Of a stretch of 64,000 bases of DNA, positions 13,331 through 25,700 are shown one piece after another. Origin of the DNA: Adineta vaga (lineage: Eukaryota > Animalia > Rotifera); the NCBI GenBank assembly GCA_021613535.1, contig CP075492.1, forward strand, positions 4,340,001 through 4,404,000. Reading direction: 5' to 3'. A program made the translations under genes and the position numbers. The notes under the pieces are model-generated. The model searched no databases and was not told where the DNA came from. It saw nothing but the letters and a program-made list of their open reading frames with translations. How positions within the stretch are numbered: position 1 is the stretch's first letter; the number at the start of each line of letters is the position of its first letter.

Positions 13331-16300
13331 CTATAAATAGAATAATTTATCTGCTAAACTTTCATGTGGTTGAGTATGTAAACTTTGAGCAGCAAGAAAA
13401 GCCAATTTATGAGCATACTGACATACACCAGGTACACGGATTGTACCAGGCCAACTAAACAAATGATCATTCTTAGAAAAATCATTGATAAATCAAGAGC
13501 AACTTACTTGTAATATAAATGACATAACTTTTGTGTTAATCGTTGCATATGATCAACTTTCAATCTAGAAAAAAGAATATTTGTTTTTATCAATCAATAC
13601 AGATGATGCACGTACCCAGTTCGATCCCAAATGACATTAAAATGTGTTGGAGCAACAGTACCTTGACGAGCCATTTGTGAAATTAAATAGAAATCATACC
13701 ATTCTATTAAATCAAAATAAACCATAATGAGATAAAAAAATATGTTCAAAGATAAACATACCTTGATTAGTAATTGTATGATCGATGATTGTACCAGGTG
13801 GTGGATTGATCAATTGACGGCCACTACGTGGATCACGAGCAAAGAATCGTGCACTACCACGTTTCTTAACAACAATCATGCCTAATTTTGGACTAGAAAT
13901 AAATAAAAATAAATAAATTTAACAACCAAATCAAAACTTACTCATAACCTTCTTGTACTTTCATACAAAGTTCATTTAAAGCTGGTAATTCATTTTCAAT
14001 CACATCAAGTAATTGGAAATCATTAACACCATCACGGTAAACAATAATCTTAGCTGGTAAAGCACCATTGACTTGATGATATTTTTGAAGTGCATCTAAA
14101 TATCAGTCACTTCACATATTGAGACGAAAGAAAGATTTCTCAATTCAAACTAACCATGCATACATGATTTTAATCCTGAAATAAAATCTTTACTACTTCG
14201 TTGTTCAATAACACGTGAATAATAACGTGTACATGTTGGATTAATAGATGCAACAAAGCCAACCATTTGAGCTGAACGTGATTGAGAATCACGATAAGTA
14301 TCAATACCAACGACCATGATTGTTTTTGACTACACAGAATCAAAAGAAACAAATGAATACTAAATTAAAACATAAAGAGAAAAGAACAAACTGGAATTGA
14401 AACAGCCCATATTTCACCACCCAATTTAGCATTGATTTGAATACCAACTTTAGTTGCAACTGACATCAATTGACCTGGTTTTTGTAATGTTTTTGATAAT
14501 AACATCTAGAAAAATTCATCATTTACGAGAGATTTTCTTCGCAAATGAGAACATCTTACTTGCGATGGTATAGGACAATCAACACATAAGACCTTCTTGA
14601 TTGCATCATAACGATCTTTTCGACTATTGGTTAAAATACAACAAACTAAATCCATTTGCGGATGTGTTTTATTTTCAATAGCACGAATAAATGATTCCGA
14701 ACGATCATTTGGTAATTCAACCCTAGATAATTTCAAACAAACGATTCATTTTCAACTAACAAATAAATCCATCGACTTACATCTCAGGAAAATCAATACG
14801 CATACCTAATAGAAAGAGAGAACACAAAATGAAGATAAGAAAAACAAGCAATGAGAAATAAAATAAAAACGAACCAAATGGTGTGCAAACTTTGTAAAGA
14901 GCATCAACAAATGAATGAGCAATTTGTGAATCACGTTGTGAATAGATAACAATCCATCGATCGAGATTTTTAGCTGAAATATGTGCCAATGAACGACCAT
15001 CACGTGACCAATCAGCTTCCAATGGATTATACTTAATTGTACGCTAAAAACAAAATAATTTGTTGTTATCATCTGAAGGAAAATATATACAAAGATTTCT
15101 TACATCTTTATAAATGATCGGTTCAGCTTCCATTGTACGGCCAGTAAGTTCAACAAGTCCTTTATCAAGACTAATATGCCATTTACTTAATTCTTTACGT
15201 CCTTCATCACGTTCTTGAATATCAGTAAGAAATCCATTTAATTGTTGAAATCGTTCATTTGGTCCAACATGTGTATAAGTACTCATTTCTTTCATTAATG
15301 AAAAATCTTGTCTCATCGCATCAGAAATACCTATGAAACATAAAATACATATTGAACGAAGAATCAAATTTGAGTTTTTTTACCGGTTAGACAACATAAT
15401 TCTGGAATTAAAAAGATCATTCCTGGATCATCTTTCTTTGGACCACGTTTAGCAACTCGTTTGCTTGCTTTGACTGTGATCAATGGTTGTTGTTCATCTT
15501 TTATTTGAATATGATATTTCTAAAAATCACAAAAGAAAAATAAGTAAAGATAATAACATATTCAATATTGTACTTCTTGATAATACTGAGAAAGAGTTTG
15601 TTGTGTACCATCACGTTTGGTAAATTGATATGTTGGATCTTTATCCCAAGCAATATCAAGAATTTTGTATGTTTCATTATTGTATCTATAGAATATGAAG
15701 AATTCTACTTTAGAATCTCATAGAAAAGAAATACGAACGGCGTTAAAACAATTTGTCCAACAAGTTCTTTGATTGATGCATCTTGTGCTTGTTTAGCATC
15801 ATTTAAACGTTGAAATTTATCCATTAAAATAGAATAAACAGTTTGTTTATTCATTACTTTTGTTGATAAATCTACATTGATCATTAATTGACCTTCATAA
15901 ACATTAACAGCAGTCATAAAACCAGGAAATAATGTTAATTTATATCGATCAAGTTCAATTTTTTTATCAAATGAATAATAATTTCGACCAAGTAATTTCA
16001 AACCAGCAATTTCAAGTAATCTTAAGTAGAAAAACAAAATTCAATCATCTTCATTTTCATTCATTCTTACTTTCGAACAATTAAATTAGCTAAATGAAAA
16101 AATTCGGGTGATTCAGGTGCAGCTGTTGCTGTACGTTTTAATTTAATTGTTACTGTTTCATTAGTTACTGGATGTTTGGCAGATGCTGTTTTTTCCTAAA
16201 GGACATAAAGTAAATCAATTACAAGGCATTCATTTCGAAAAGAGAAGAAAAACATCAATTACCAATCCAAAATCTTCGAATGAATAGAGAATCATTCCAT

Positions 16301-16938
16301 CGAAGGCTACATCTTTAATACCAGCATTGGCTAATGTTTCACGACGAATTTTTCGTAATTCGATCTAAAATATATACTTTAACTTTGATTTCATAATAGA
16401 CACGAAGAAGAACTTACATCAGGTTCAAATGAACAATGATATCGATATAAATCCCCTATGGAAAAAAAGCAAAATGTATAAGAAATAAATCATGTAGAAA
16501 AACTTACATTGTGGTGCAGCCAAGATTTTGATATAATTAGAAATAAGAGCAATTTCTTGTCCACTTTCACCCTGTTTTGAATTGAGATCATTTGGCCGAG
16601 TTTTAGGAAATTTTGATGTAGTTGGATAACGATCGTTATCATCAGTTGCCATCGAAAGTGAATCCAATTGAGAAGTTACTCCTGACAGTGTCTAAATGAA
16701 GAAATACAACAAAAGATTAAATCGATGAATGAAAGTTTATTGGTGCATTTTACTGATGGCGCTGGACTTGTAACACCAGTTACAATACTACTGCCTTCAC
16801 CGGAAATCAAATCTGTAAGATGAATAATTGAAAATGATGAATAACTTTCTTTTGAAAGAAAATCTTCGTACCTTGATCACGTGATAATGTTGATCGACTA
16901 AGTCGACCACGAGATCTTGCACATCCACGTAAATACAT
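13331..16938 (-). CDS. piwi: Piwi-clade Argonaute, multi-exon
   Basis: N-terminal [12 protein letters not shown] region ([30 protein letters not shown]). MID ([30 protein letters not shown]). PIWI ([35 protein letters not shown]) ending KLFYL-stop. Start ATG 16938 inferred. Confidence 0.95.
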
Positions 16939-17454
16939 TGTTTCTAAAAGTACGACGAATGTGTGTATTTAAGATGCTTTGATGTTGTTTTTTCTTACTT
17001 TAGACGATAGTTAAAATATAATATCGATCGAAGATTAGAAGAAATACAAATAAACGATAATTTTCTCTTTGTATATAGAGAAGACGAAATAAGGTGCACT
17101 ATATTTTCTCTTTTGTCTCTCTCTCTCTCGTGTGTACACCACTCTCCACAACTGAAAAAAAAGGAAAACATATACATAGTCGCGTGTTTCTAATATATTT
17201 ACGAGAAAAAGTGAATATACTTAAAAGAGAAGAAAGATTCTTCCTTTCGATTTGTAACTCATTATAAAGTCATAAAATCACTACAGATCAATTTTTATTA
17301 ATTCTCCTTAGAAAAAAAATTATCAAAGAATCTACAATGTATTTTTGTTCGAGTATTCACATGGTGCCATTCGCAAGATTTTTATAGCTGAAGAACAAAT
17401 TATTTGACGAATATATGCTGAACAGAAAATTCATTTCATTGTTGTTTCCGTTAA

Positions 17455-19157
17455 GAGAGAGTCCGTGAGAGGAGACCCCTATTCTATGCATATCGCGTCG
17501 CTGAAAAATTTTTTTTTTCGATTTTATTTTTTAAAATGAAAGGTCTGATTGAACTATAGATAAATCCAAAATATTAGATCATTCGGACTTACCTATGAAA
17601 AATGCGAGCAAAAACACGTTTTATGGGTCATTTTTTATGCTCAAAAATGGATAAAGAATAATGTACTCAGTATTTTGACGATAACTCGCGATTCACTTAA
17701 CCGTTTTAGGTCGGGGACGTCTCGTTCGAGAGAGAATCATATAGGGTATAAGTCTAACTCATCAAAGTCTTTCATATATACAGTTTTGAAAATGCTGTAG
17801 GGCAAGAACCCTCCTAGAACTCTCAATTTGGAATACTCCAAATTATCAGTATTTTCGAGTTTTCTCGCGCTGTGATAAAGATACCACGCTGAATTTTTTA
17901 CTGGAGATACATGACATGGAGACGCATCTTTTCGTATAAGATCATCCCAGTCGGAAACACTCGGAAGTACTACTTAGTATGAGTCACACTGTAACTGACC
18001 GACAAAACTCGGATCGAAAAAACCGTCATATGATATGAAAAAATATTTCAGAGATAGAAATAGACTTCAGATTCGGAATCAGCACGCAAAACTGCATTAG
18101 AAAATATATTTTAAAATATTATTTTTCATGAAAAAATGAACTGTCTTCGAAACCATTGAAATCAATATGTGTCGATGTATTTTTTGATGCTGATTCCGAA
18201 TCTGATACTTTTGTATGTAAAAATTCAACTATTATTAGCAGTGTCAGACAAAGAACGGGTCCGATTGGTGGAGAAACCTCGGTCGTGTTCAAGAGGTTCA
18301 CCTGTTCTCTTTATTATCATACCCTTTGAAGCTTGAAGAGTACATGGTTTTAAAGCTAGGCACCTAGTCTCTCTCATGCAAAAAGGTCCAGATCAATATT
18401 TTTCTTCATTTGAGAATTGCAAGCCAGCATAAGTATAGCGAATTGATAGTTTAGTCATAGGTTGGACCCAAAATTTTCATCTCCTCAAATTCATGAAAAA
18501 TAATATTTTAAAATATATTTTCTAATGCAGTTTTGCGTGCTGATTCCGAATCTGAAGTCTATTTCTATCTCTGAAATATTTTTTCATATCATATGACGGT
18601 TTTTTCGATCCGAGTTTTGTCGGTCAGTTACAGTGTGACTCATACTAAGTAGTACTTCCGAGTGTTTCCGACTGGGATGATCTTATACGAAAAGATGCGT
18701 CTCCATGTCATGTATCTCCAGTAAAAAATTCAGCGTGGTATCTTTATCACAGCGCGAGAAAACTCGAAAATACTGATAATTTGGAGTATTCCAAATTGAG
18801 AGTTCTAGGAGGGTTCTTGCCCTACAGCATTTTCAAAACTGTATATATGAAAGACTTTGATGAGTTAGACTTATACCCTATATGATTCTCTCTCGAACGA
18901 GACGTCCCCGACCTAAAACGGTTAAGTGAATCGCGAGTTATCGTCAAAATACTGAGTACATTATTCTTTATCCATTTTTGAGCATAAAAAATGACCCATA
19001 AAACGTGTTTTTGCTCGCATTTTTCATAGGTAAGTCCGAATGATCTAATATTTTGGATTTATCTATAGTTCAATCAGACCTTTCATTTTAAAAAATAAAA
19101 TCGAAAAAAAAAAATTTTTCAGCGACGTCGTTAGGGTCCCCTGTGGCGGACTCTCTC
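17455..19157. mobile_element. Non-autonomous foldback DNA transposon with ~670-bp TIRs, Sola3-like
   Basis: Termini GAGAGAGTCCG...CGGACTCTCTC flanked by TTAA (17451-17454) and TTAT (19158-19161). Arms ~17455-18132 and ~18490-19157 are near-exact reverse complements around a ~357-bp spacer; no transposase ORF. GAG..CTC ends, TTAA target and long TIRs are the described Sola3 hallmarks. Confidence 0.8.
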
Positions 19158-19290
19158 TTATGAACTGATAAAATCGCCCATATATTGTAGTAACAAATGT
19201 CGCTATTCGCTGTTATCAACAGCAACAAGGGATGTCAGTTTTTTTAAAAATTTATATAGCTATTTAAAAAATTCTTTCGTTATCTGATTA

Positions 19291-19361
19291 CAAGGAGAGA
19301 AACGAGACTTCTGTATTTCGAAGTACGATGGAAGTATGGAAGTCTCGCCTTTCCCATCTTG
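19291..19361. repeat. Short imperfect palindrome (possible decayed MITE)
   Basis: cgagacttctgtatttc pairs imperfectly with gaagtatggaagtctcg; outer caagga...tcttg. Confidence 0.45.
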
Positions 19362-19794
19362 TTGCTGTTGCAAGAGATCGTTTGAAGACATAACTTTACA
19401 CAGATTTCGGAGTTCTTCAAACACATTTAGCAAAATATTTCATGCTTTTCTTGATTACTGTCGGTTATCAAACGTTACATCAAAATTAAATCTAACTGTT
19501 TGATCCATGAAGCATAAATGTAAACTGTCGCGACTCACTGTTTTTTGTTGGAAAAAATCTCAGTGAGAAAGAAGAAAAAAGTCATTGTTTTTCTTCCGAG
19601 ACAAAAAACAGTCATGCTTTTCTGTTTTTTCTTCCAACACATGGTGTGTCTTTCGACGAAATCAAGATACAAAAGTTCGAGTATCACATTGTTATATGTT
19701 CATTAGAGTAAAACACATAAGTATGAGAAATAAATAATCAATTCCATTTCATTTCAGATAAACATATATATTTGACATAAACTATTGACAACGA

Positions 19795-22700
19795 ATGGCA
19801 GATGAAATTCAGAAACTTAGAAAGAACATTGTTTCAAATAATGTTCTAGTATTTGTTGGTCCAGATATATCAATTTATACAACAAATGCTGAACAAAACA
19901 TTTCTCATTGGAAACACCAATTAAAACATCAACAAGTACGACGAAATGGTAAAGATTTTCGAGATGATATGAACCAATCGAACAATACCACAACAGAAGT
20001 TGTTGGTTATTCAAGTACGAGTGATCAAATCAATCATTATTCTAATGAAATAGGTGTTGAAGAAACAGCAAATTTAATGATAACTATTGGTCAATTATTT
20101 CCACAAAACCCAGAACTAATCAAGGCAATAGGCGAATTACAATGTCCAATAATAACAACAAATTATGATTTACTTCTTGAAGATTTACTTAACAAAGTAT
20201 CATTAACATGGAATGAACATTCAAGTGATGGTTCATTTAAAAATATGAAAGATTATATTCTACATCTTTACGGACATTATCAAAAACCAGATTCGCTAGT
20301 TTTCAATAATAAAGATTTTGATGAATTGTATGAAAATAAATTTTTTCAATCTCGCTTTCGAACATTTATTCAAGGTAAAACTTTGTTATTCATTGGTTAT
20401 GAAACTGATCTATCTAATTTAAATTTGTCATGTCTTTTAAAATGGATATTTCATATAACAATTGATGATAATCCACCAACAATTTATAAACTTATTCGAT
20501 CAAATATTCATCGTTCATTATTAGAAAATCTAAAAGAAATTCCATATGGAAATACTTTTGATGATTTAATTTCATTTCTTCGAAATCTTTTATCATTTTC
20601 AACATTAATTCGTGAAAATATTTTATCAATAAATCGAAGAGAAAATGTTCTTAAAAAATATTTAAATTATTTAATAAATGAATATGATCATATAACATTA
20701 TTTGGATATGAAAATGAAGATATTTTATTAAAATTAGAAAATATTTATGTTGAATTAAAATTTGATCCAACACATCCATCAATCAAAGCAATGAAAACAA
20801 TTGATATTAATGAAGAATTTAAAGAGAAAGTTTTATCATATGGATTTTTTAATGAAAATGAAAAAAAGAAATTAATTCGATCAATAATTGAACAAAATTC
20901 TTTTTATTCTGAAACAATTTATCGAGATTTAATGATTGATCAATGGTTAAATATTTTATTATCAAATACACGAATCTTTTCTAATGATGAATCAATATCA
21001 ATTCGAAATAAAATTTCTCAATTAAAACAAAATATTTTTGAAAAAAATCATTTCAAAGAAATAAAACAATATGAAATTCAAGAAGCATTTAATGAATTTA
21101 AACATTTTATTATTTTAGGTCATCCTGGATCTGGAAAAACAACAATATCTAAATGGTTAATAATTAATATGGCAAAACAATGTTTAGGAAAAGAAAATTT
21201 ATTATTTAATGAAAAAAATTCTTCAAAAAATAAAATTCCAATTTTAATTCCAATTTGGAAATATTTTGATCAAATCAAAAATAATAATTGTAAACAATTA
21301 AAATTAAGTTTACTTGAATTTCTTTATGAAAATGTAACATTAAATTCAAATTATTTTACAAAAGAAGAAAATAAAGATTTATCATTATTAATTATGGAAT
21401 CTTTATTAAATGGAAATGTTTTTATTATATTTGAAGGTTTAGATGAAGTTCCTATTTATATTGATCGAAATGATTTAATAAAAGAAATTAATTTATTATT
21501 AGAACATGGAATTGATTATGATTCTAAAAGTAAGAAATTAATTTATTCAATTTATGAAAAAAAAGAAATTAATAATACAAAAGATTTAATTAATGGAAAT
21601 CGTTTTGTTATTACAAGTCGAATTGAAGGAAATTATTTTGAAGAAATTAATTTTTTTATTCCAAGATTAACAATTGAAGATATGTCAAATGAATCTTTAA
21701 GATTATTCTGTAATTCATATACAAAATGTACTAAAAAAGAATTCATTATTGATCAATTATATAATAATATAAGTAAAAATAAAGATATTTTTCAATTAGC
21801 TATTAATCCACAATTAGCAAGTGTTATTGTTTCAATTTATAATCAAGCAAATGAAAAATTACCTGAAAAAAGAATTGATTTATATGAAATAGCAATTGAA
21901 AAAATGATTCAAAGAATAATTTCATCTTCAAATAATGAAAATCTTTATTTAAATTCAATTATTTTATGGTCAATTTTACAAGAAATTGCCGATTATCTTC
22001 ATTATAAAGTTGAAGGATTATCAGAAAATAATCTTAAAGAAATTATAGGAAAATATTATTTAATTAATTATAAAAAAGAAGATTTAAATAATATTGATGA
22101 ATTAATTTTAAAACTTGTTGATATATTTAAATATAAAGTTGGTTTATTAAATGAATTTGGTCATGATAGTTTTCGTTTTATTCATCGAACATTTCAAGAA
22201 TATCTTGCAGCAAAAAATATAATTTATTTAAATGGAATTGAAAGATCAGAAAATATAATTTATGAAAATATTCAATTAAAAATAAATATTCCAAATTGGA
22301 GAGTTCCACTTAATATGACATTTGGAATTTTAAGTAAATTTTATCAAAATAATCAATTATTTTATCGTATTCTTCGAAAATTATTAATTAATGAACAAAT
22401 TTTATCATTATCAACTCTTATTGTACCATTTGTTATTATTGATTCATTAAATGATATGTATTTTTCATCAAAAGAAACCGAACAAGAAATGATTGAGAAA
22501 TTATCTGATTTATTATTATTTGATTATAAAAATCTTTTAGGTTTTTCAAAATTAAAAGAACATCAAACTTTAATTCATTCATATTTCTTAAAATTACAAA
22601 ATAAATCTTCTCTAACAATGATAAAATGGTTTAATGAAAAATTTCATGAAACAAATGAAAATATTTCACCATGTTCAAATATAATTTATCAATTAAAATG

Positions 22701-25700
22701 GTTTTCTCCAAAATTTCATGAAATTTTTTTAAAAAATTTACATTCTGATTCACAAATTTGGAATTGGCCAATCGATTCAATATTAAGATATTATTCAACT
22801 AATATTAAAGATCAATCGATATTAACACAATTACAATTTAAAAAAATACTTTTAGATAATCCACATTTAATTATTCATATTTCGAAAAATATGAATTGGT
22901 TATGTTTAATTATTTCACTTTATGGTGGATATCAAAATTATGATACTCCAAAAACAATCTTAGAATATGCTGAATTAGCTCAATTTCTTTCGTTAAGTGA
23001 TAATGAAAGAATACCTTTTATTTTCTATTTTCGAGATACGTGGGATCGAAATGATACAGCATATAGTATGGCTGTTTATCTTAATGGATTCAAAGCAAAA
23101 GATAATTGGACTAAAATACCAATATTTGATGTTAATGAAATCTATAAAGATTCATTTTTAACAACAAGAATTATTGAATTAGTACGAGAAAATCGAGATA
23201 CACGAGAATTAATTGCAGAATTACGTGAACAAATATCAAACGAACAATTATGTATAAATATAAGAACAGAAGCATCAATTGCATTGATTGTATTAGGAGA
23301 TTTTGATTCTATTCAAAGACAAGACAAAGTATTGAGAACAAATGTTGAAAATAGAATAGAAGAATTAATTTCTGTTTTAAAAGATCCAATTGCAAGATAT
23401 TCTTCACATATTCAGAATTATCTTCTTCAACTTTATAATCATATGAAAATAAATCAATCAAAATATCATTTAAATTATTCTAATTATTGTAGAATATATT
23501 TATCTTTTATCGCAAATAGTGGTGGAATACCAGTAGATACAAAATTACTTGCTGAAACTGTAGATAATATGGATGATAAATGTGATCTTTATGCGGAATA
23601 TTTTGTATCGAAGATGACAGGTAATTCAAGCGGTGATTTGAGATACGATGTTGCTGTTCTATGTGATAAATGTATTAGAATATTGAAAAGTGATTTAATT
23701 ATAAAATCATTTCTAAAAATTAATAATACAATTCAAATTTATAAACCTATTCGATCATGTTCATGGTCTACGGATCAATTTCCATTTGAATCATTTGAAG
23801 AAGATGATATTCCAATAGCATTTCTAAATTGTTTAGAGAATATTCATACAAATATTGCATTTGTAATTGATATTATTTGCGACATCTTTATCAATGAAGA
23901 ATATTTTATTCGAAATTCTGAATTAATTCCAATATTTATTTTATTTATCTTTGGAATTATGTCAAAAGAATTAAACAAAACAGATATTTATTCGAAATTG
24001 TTACCTGAATTAAATGAAATAGTAAATGTTAAAGAATTCTTATTGAATAAAATTCAATCAATGTCTAATCCTTATTATAAATCTCGTGCATTTTATCAAT
24101 TAGCTCAATTTTATGATGAAAAAAGTGATGAACTTCTAAATGAATCAAATAATCTAACGGATAATATTGTAGATGGAAGTTTAAGATTTCAAGTTTTAGA
24201 AAAGATTTATAATGTTGCTCATTATAAAGATGTCAAAGAAAACGATTTTATTCAACACATCTTAGATAAATTAATTTCAACTTTGGATCAAATTGAAAAA
24301 ATTGATGATCAAATTATCGCATCTATTCGATTGTCATTTTATGGATGTGAAGAATTTCGTAAAAAATATCTAAGAAATGCATTAGAAATATTAAATGAAA
24401 TGGATGAAAATAATGAAAAACTGAAATTAATCATAAAATTAAAACCATTAATTTCAATTTATGATGATCTTTGTGAAAAACTTGATGAAATCGTTTTCAA
24501 TTTAGAAAATAATGAATATCGTTATTTTGTAAACTCATATTATGGTAAAATATTATGTGCTAAACAATTAAATGACATTTCAGATAATATTGAATTACAA
24601 AGTCTCTTTCGATTATTTGGACAATTAAATGATGCAAAGATAATTCTTGATAAAGATGATAATTTGAATCAACTATGGCTTAATCTTTATAAAGATATAA
24701 ATAATCAATTGAATATTGAAAAGATTTTAAAAATTGGTATAAACAATGAATTATTTTTGACATCACAAGTTGCAATAATTATTGATGAACTGATAAAACA
24801 AGGAAAAGAAGAAAGAATTTCAATTATATTTCCATATTTAATCAAACCATCGAATGAAGTTTTACCAATTGTTCAAAGATGGTTTATTGATTATCCTAAT
24901 CGACAAATTATGAAATTATCAGCACTTTTACTTGTAGAAACAAAACATATTTTCGAATTAGTAGTTGAAACATTAATCAATCTATTGAATAATGATAATG
25001 ATCAATTAAGATATCGTGCTCAACGAATCTTTCAACATCCTGAACGAGATCCTAGTGAACCGAGTAAAACAATATCTGTCATTGGAGAAAAAGCATTATT
25101 GAAAATTCTTCAAGGAATAGTAATGAAAGAACATCTTCTAAAAGTTCGAGTCTATCTTCGTACATTTTTCTTTGATGTTCTATGGGATGATCCTTTGGTA
25201 TTGAAAAATCTCTGTAGAAGCATAGCTCAATCAAATGATGTGGAAAATTTTCATTTAAATCGAATCAAATTTATAAGTAATCATACTTGGAATGCATTAA
25301 TTCAATCATTACAATCACCATCATATTCATTGTATCGTGAAAATTTCTTTGAGTCAACAATGCGTTTAGTGGAACGTTCTCAAATACAAGAACAAGATTG
25401 GATTGAGTTTCAAAGAATTTTCTCGAATATAGATACAAATTCATTTGTTGAAAAACTATATTTTATACAAACAGATATTGAAATAATTCGATCAATTATT
25501 AATGAAATTTGGAGTTTATCAAATGTAACTGATGAAACTTATTTTGATATTCTTCAATCAAAAATCATTAGTTTATCAACCATAGAAGTAAAAAATATAT
25601 TACTAGAAAATTATCTTTCAGTTCAAAATATTGGTAGATGCACTTTTTTTACTTCTACATTCAATCTGAATCAAACTGTATTGAATACATTGAATGATCT

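Noticed and set aside
18119-18301. 60-aa ORF in the foldback spacer as a transposase remnant
   Set aside because: No recognisable transposase motif; too short.
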